Below the pieces are notes generated by a model that was not told the DNA's origin, did no database searches, and saw only the letters and a list, made by a program, of their open reading frames with translations. Both the position numbers and the translations under genes were made by a program. Shown piece after piece: positions 62,273 through 64,000 of a DNA stretch of 64,000 nucleotides; the first letter of the stretch is position 1; the number at the start of each line of letters is the position of its first letter. Source of the stretch: Pristiophorus japonicus (lineage: Eukaryota); assembly GCF_044704955.1 (NCBI RefSeq), contig NC_091992.1, positions 101,990,001-102,054,000 of the forward strand. The letters are read 5' to 3'.

Positions 62273-63822
62273 CAGTTTCTCTTTTTACTTCTGACTTCGA
62301 AATACTCAATTTAAAAAAATGAAATAAACGTCCTACAATTCAACAGATAGAAAATATTTAATTGCAATCCCAATGAAATTTTGTGATATAATTTCTTGGG
62401 AATTGTGCTCCACAATGACATCTGACTATGAGTTAGAACGTTTTAATCTAATTCATGTATTCAAAGTTCTGCTGCAAGAATGTCGTCTTTGACTCCCATC
62501 ATGTTTCCATCTCTCTTTCTGCTTTCCTGCAGTTCAGTTTTACAATTGAGGTGTTTGTTCTATTCCCCTGGGCACATTAAATCTTCTCTTCCATTTGAAT
62601 GTTGTTTGTGCTTTTCCCATTTTGTTTCCTATGAATGGTTATGAGAAACCGCCACACAAGCTTCCTCCTCAGTATAACGACTGTTCACCATGCTTCGCTT
62701 TTCTATCTTTGACTTGAATCATTTCTTCACTGATAAACACTAAAGCTGCTGCCTGCAGCTTGTGTTCCAGATGGTATAATGGCTGGTCAAACGTTACCAT
62801 GGACTACTTCAACTACACTTTTACTGTAAGTTTGTTGCATTGAAATGAAATAACTGGCAGTGATTTGCCCTCAAAATTGAGAATAATAGATATCAGTGAC
62901 TAAAAGCAGTAATCTCATCAATTCAGAAGACAACAATTATAACAGTGAAATTGAAGTGGGTTATAGCTCTCATACAGCCAACACACTGTGTAATATGCTA
63001 TTGAGCCATGTGGATCAAGAAGGTGTAACACTGAATCCGTCTTTTGTGCTGTGTTAACTGACAGCGGGGTAGTAGTGGTAGCACTATAATTAGCTTCAAC
63101 TTCCTCACCAAGCTCCAAATAATTATCAGCTGAGCCCTGGTGGAACGTGTTTATACGTGAATATCAGGTGACAAGTTCAACGATCAAATAGTCTTCCAAC
63201 GCTCACTGTACAAAAAAAAGCCCACTTGGGGTACAGTCCAGAAGGCTATTGGTACATGTGGAAGAATCACTGCTTGTGGGAGAGGAGGGGCAAGGGGAGA
63301 AAGTTGAAAAAACATATTTTTTTAAATTGTCTTGCGAATCTTGAGATGTGATTCTCTTCTTGCCACTAATTCCACCCACCCATTATTTACTATATTTTAC
63401 AAAATTATTCCGTTTTGCGTGGAACCGTCGTGCATGTTGACAGCTACTTGGGGTCATTATGTCAAACCGATCAATTATAGAGTCAGCTGACCAGGTGAAT
63501 AGTGGCGAGAAATCTACCCGGAGCCCATGAAGATCATTGTAACATCAACGCTCAAGATAGTGACTTTCAGAATCCTATTGGGAACTAACACATGCAGTGT
63601 ACATTTTCATAAAAATACTTATAAGTATTCTACAGCTTTTCCAATAGTGAGTTGGAGGATGTTGTTTTATAATGTGGGCTTCCTAACCAATGACAGCATC
63701 CATCCTACTCCAGTCACCACCGCCCACCGACACCCACTCACTCACACACACACAAGAGAGTTTCTCACCATTTCTCTTTTCCTTCATCTTACGCAACAGG
63801 TTCTGCCTCTACCCTTACAACA

Positions 63823-64000
63823 GGGGAAAGAAATTTGATATCGACCCGTTTGGGGCGTTAACTTTTGGAATTGTGAGATTTTAGCGCAAGGCGATAATGA
63901 TTGTGAACGTCTAATAAATTGAGTGTTAGCGCCCTAAGAAGGAAGTGGAGCACTAAATCAAGTGCTAATGACCTCAGCGGGGCATTACAGGGGCACTACC
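63823..64000. mobile_element. Start of a MITE related to 8711-9400; runs off the window end
   Basis: GGGGAAAGAAATT start; shared GTTAGCGCCC..GAAGGAAGTGGAGCAC motif. Confidence 0.5.

Noticed and set aside
62918-63118. 66-aa minus-strand ORF (ELGEEVEANYSATTTT...)
   Set aside because: Non-ATG start, no recognisable domain and no clear splice sites; cannot be supported as coding.

Overview
Eukaryotic, repeat-dominated vertebrate DNA. The CR1, RTE, Tx1, Penelope, Harbinger and SINE spectrum points to a cartilaginous fish (inference). One host gene can be spliced together on the + strand: a CD7-like single IgV-domain receptor (V exon 2621-2959, stalk/TM exon 7474-7598, cytoplasmic exon 9452-9553 with a YEDM motif); its leader exon was not found in the window. 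A possible decayed Ig-superfamily paralogue lies at about 22.2-23.3 kb. The rest is mostly transposable elements: CR1 LINEs (one full-length), RTE and L2 pieces, tRNA-derived SINEs, two Harbinger transposons with convergent transposase and Myb/SANT genes, several MITEs, a Penelope-like element, and a Gypsy LTR element (47114-59788) carrying a nested gag-protease-only LTR element and the full-length CR1. The most unusual structure is on the minus strand at 34607-36174: a Tx1-clade ORF2 C-terminus followed by a polyadenylated cassette made of a U1 snRNA 5' piece, a U2 3' half containing a (GGAGGT)n expansion, and then a U2 5' piece. No CRISPR, rRNA or intact tRNA gene was seen. All family assignments come from manual reading and recalled consensus sequences, not database searches.
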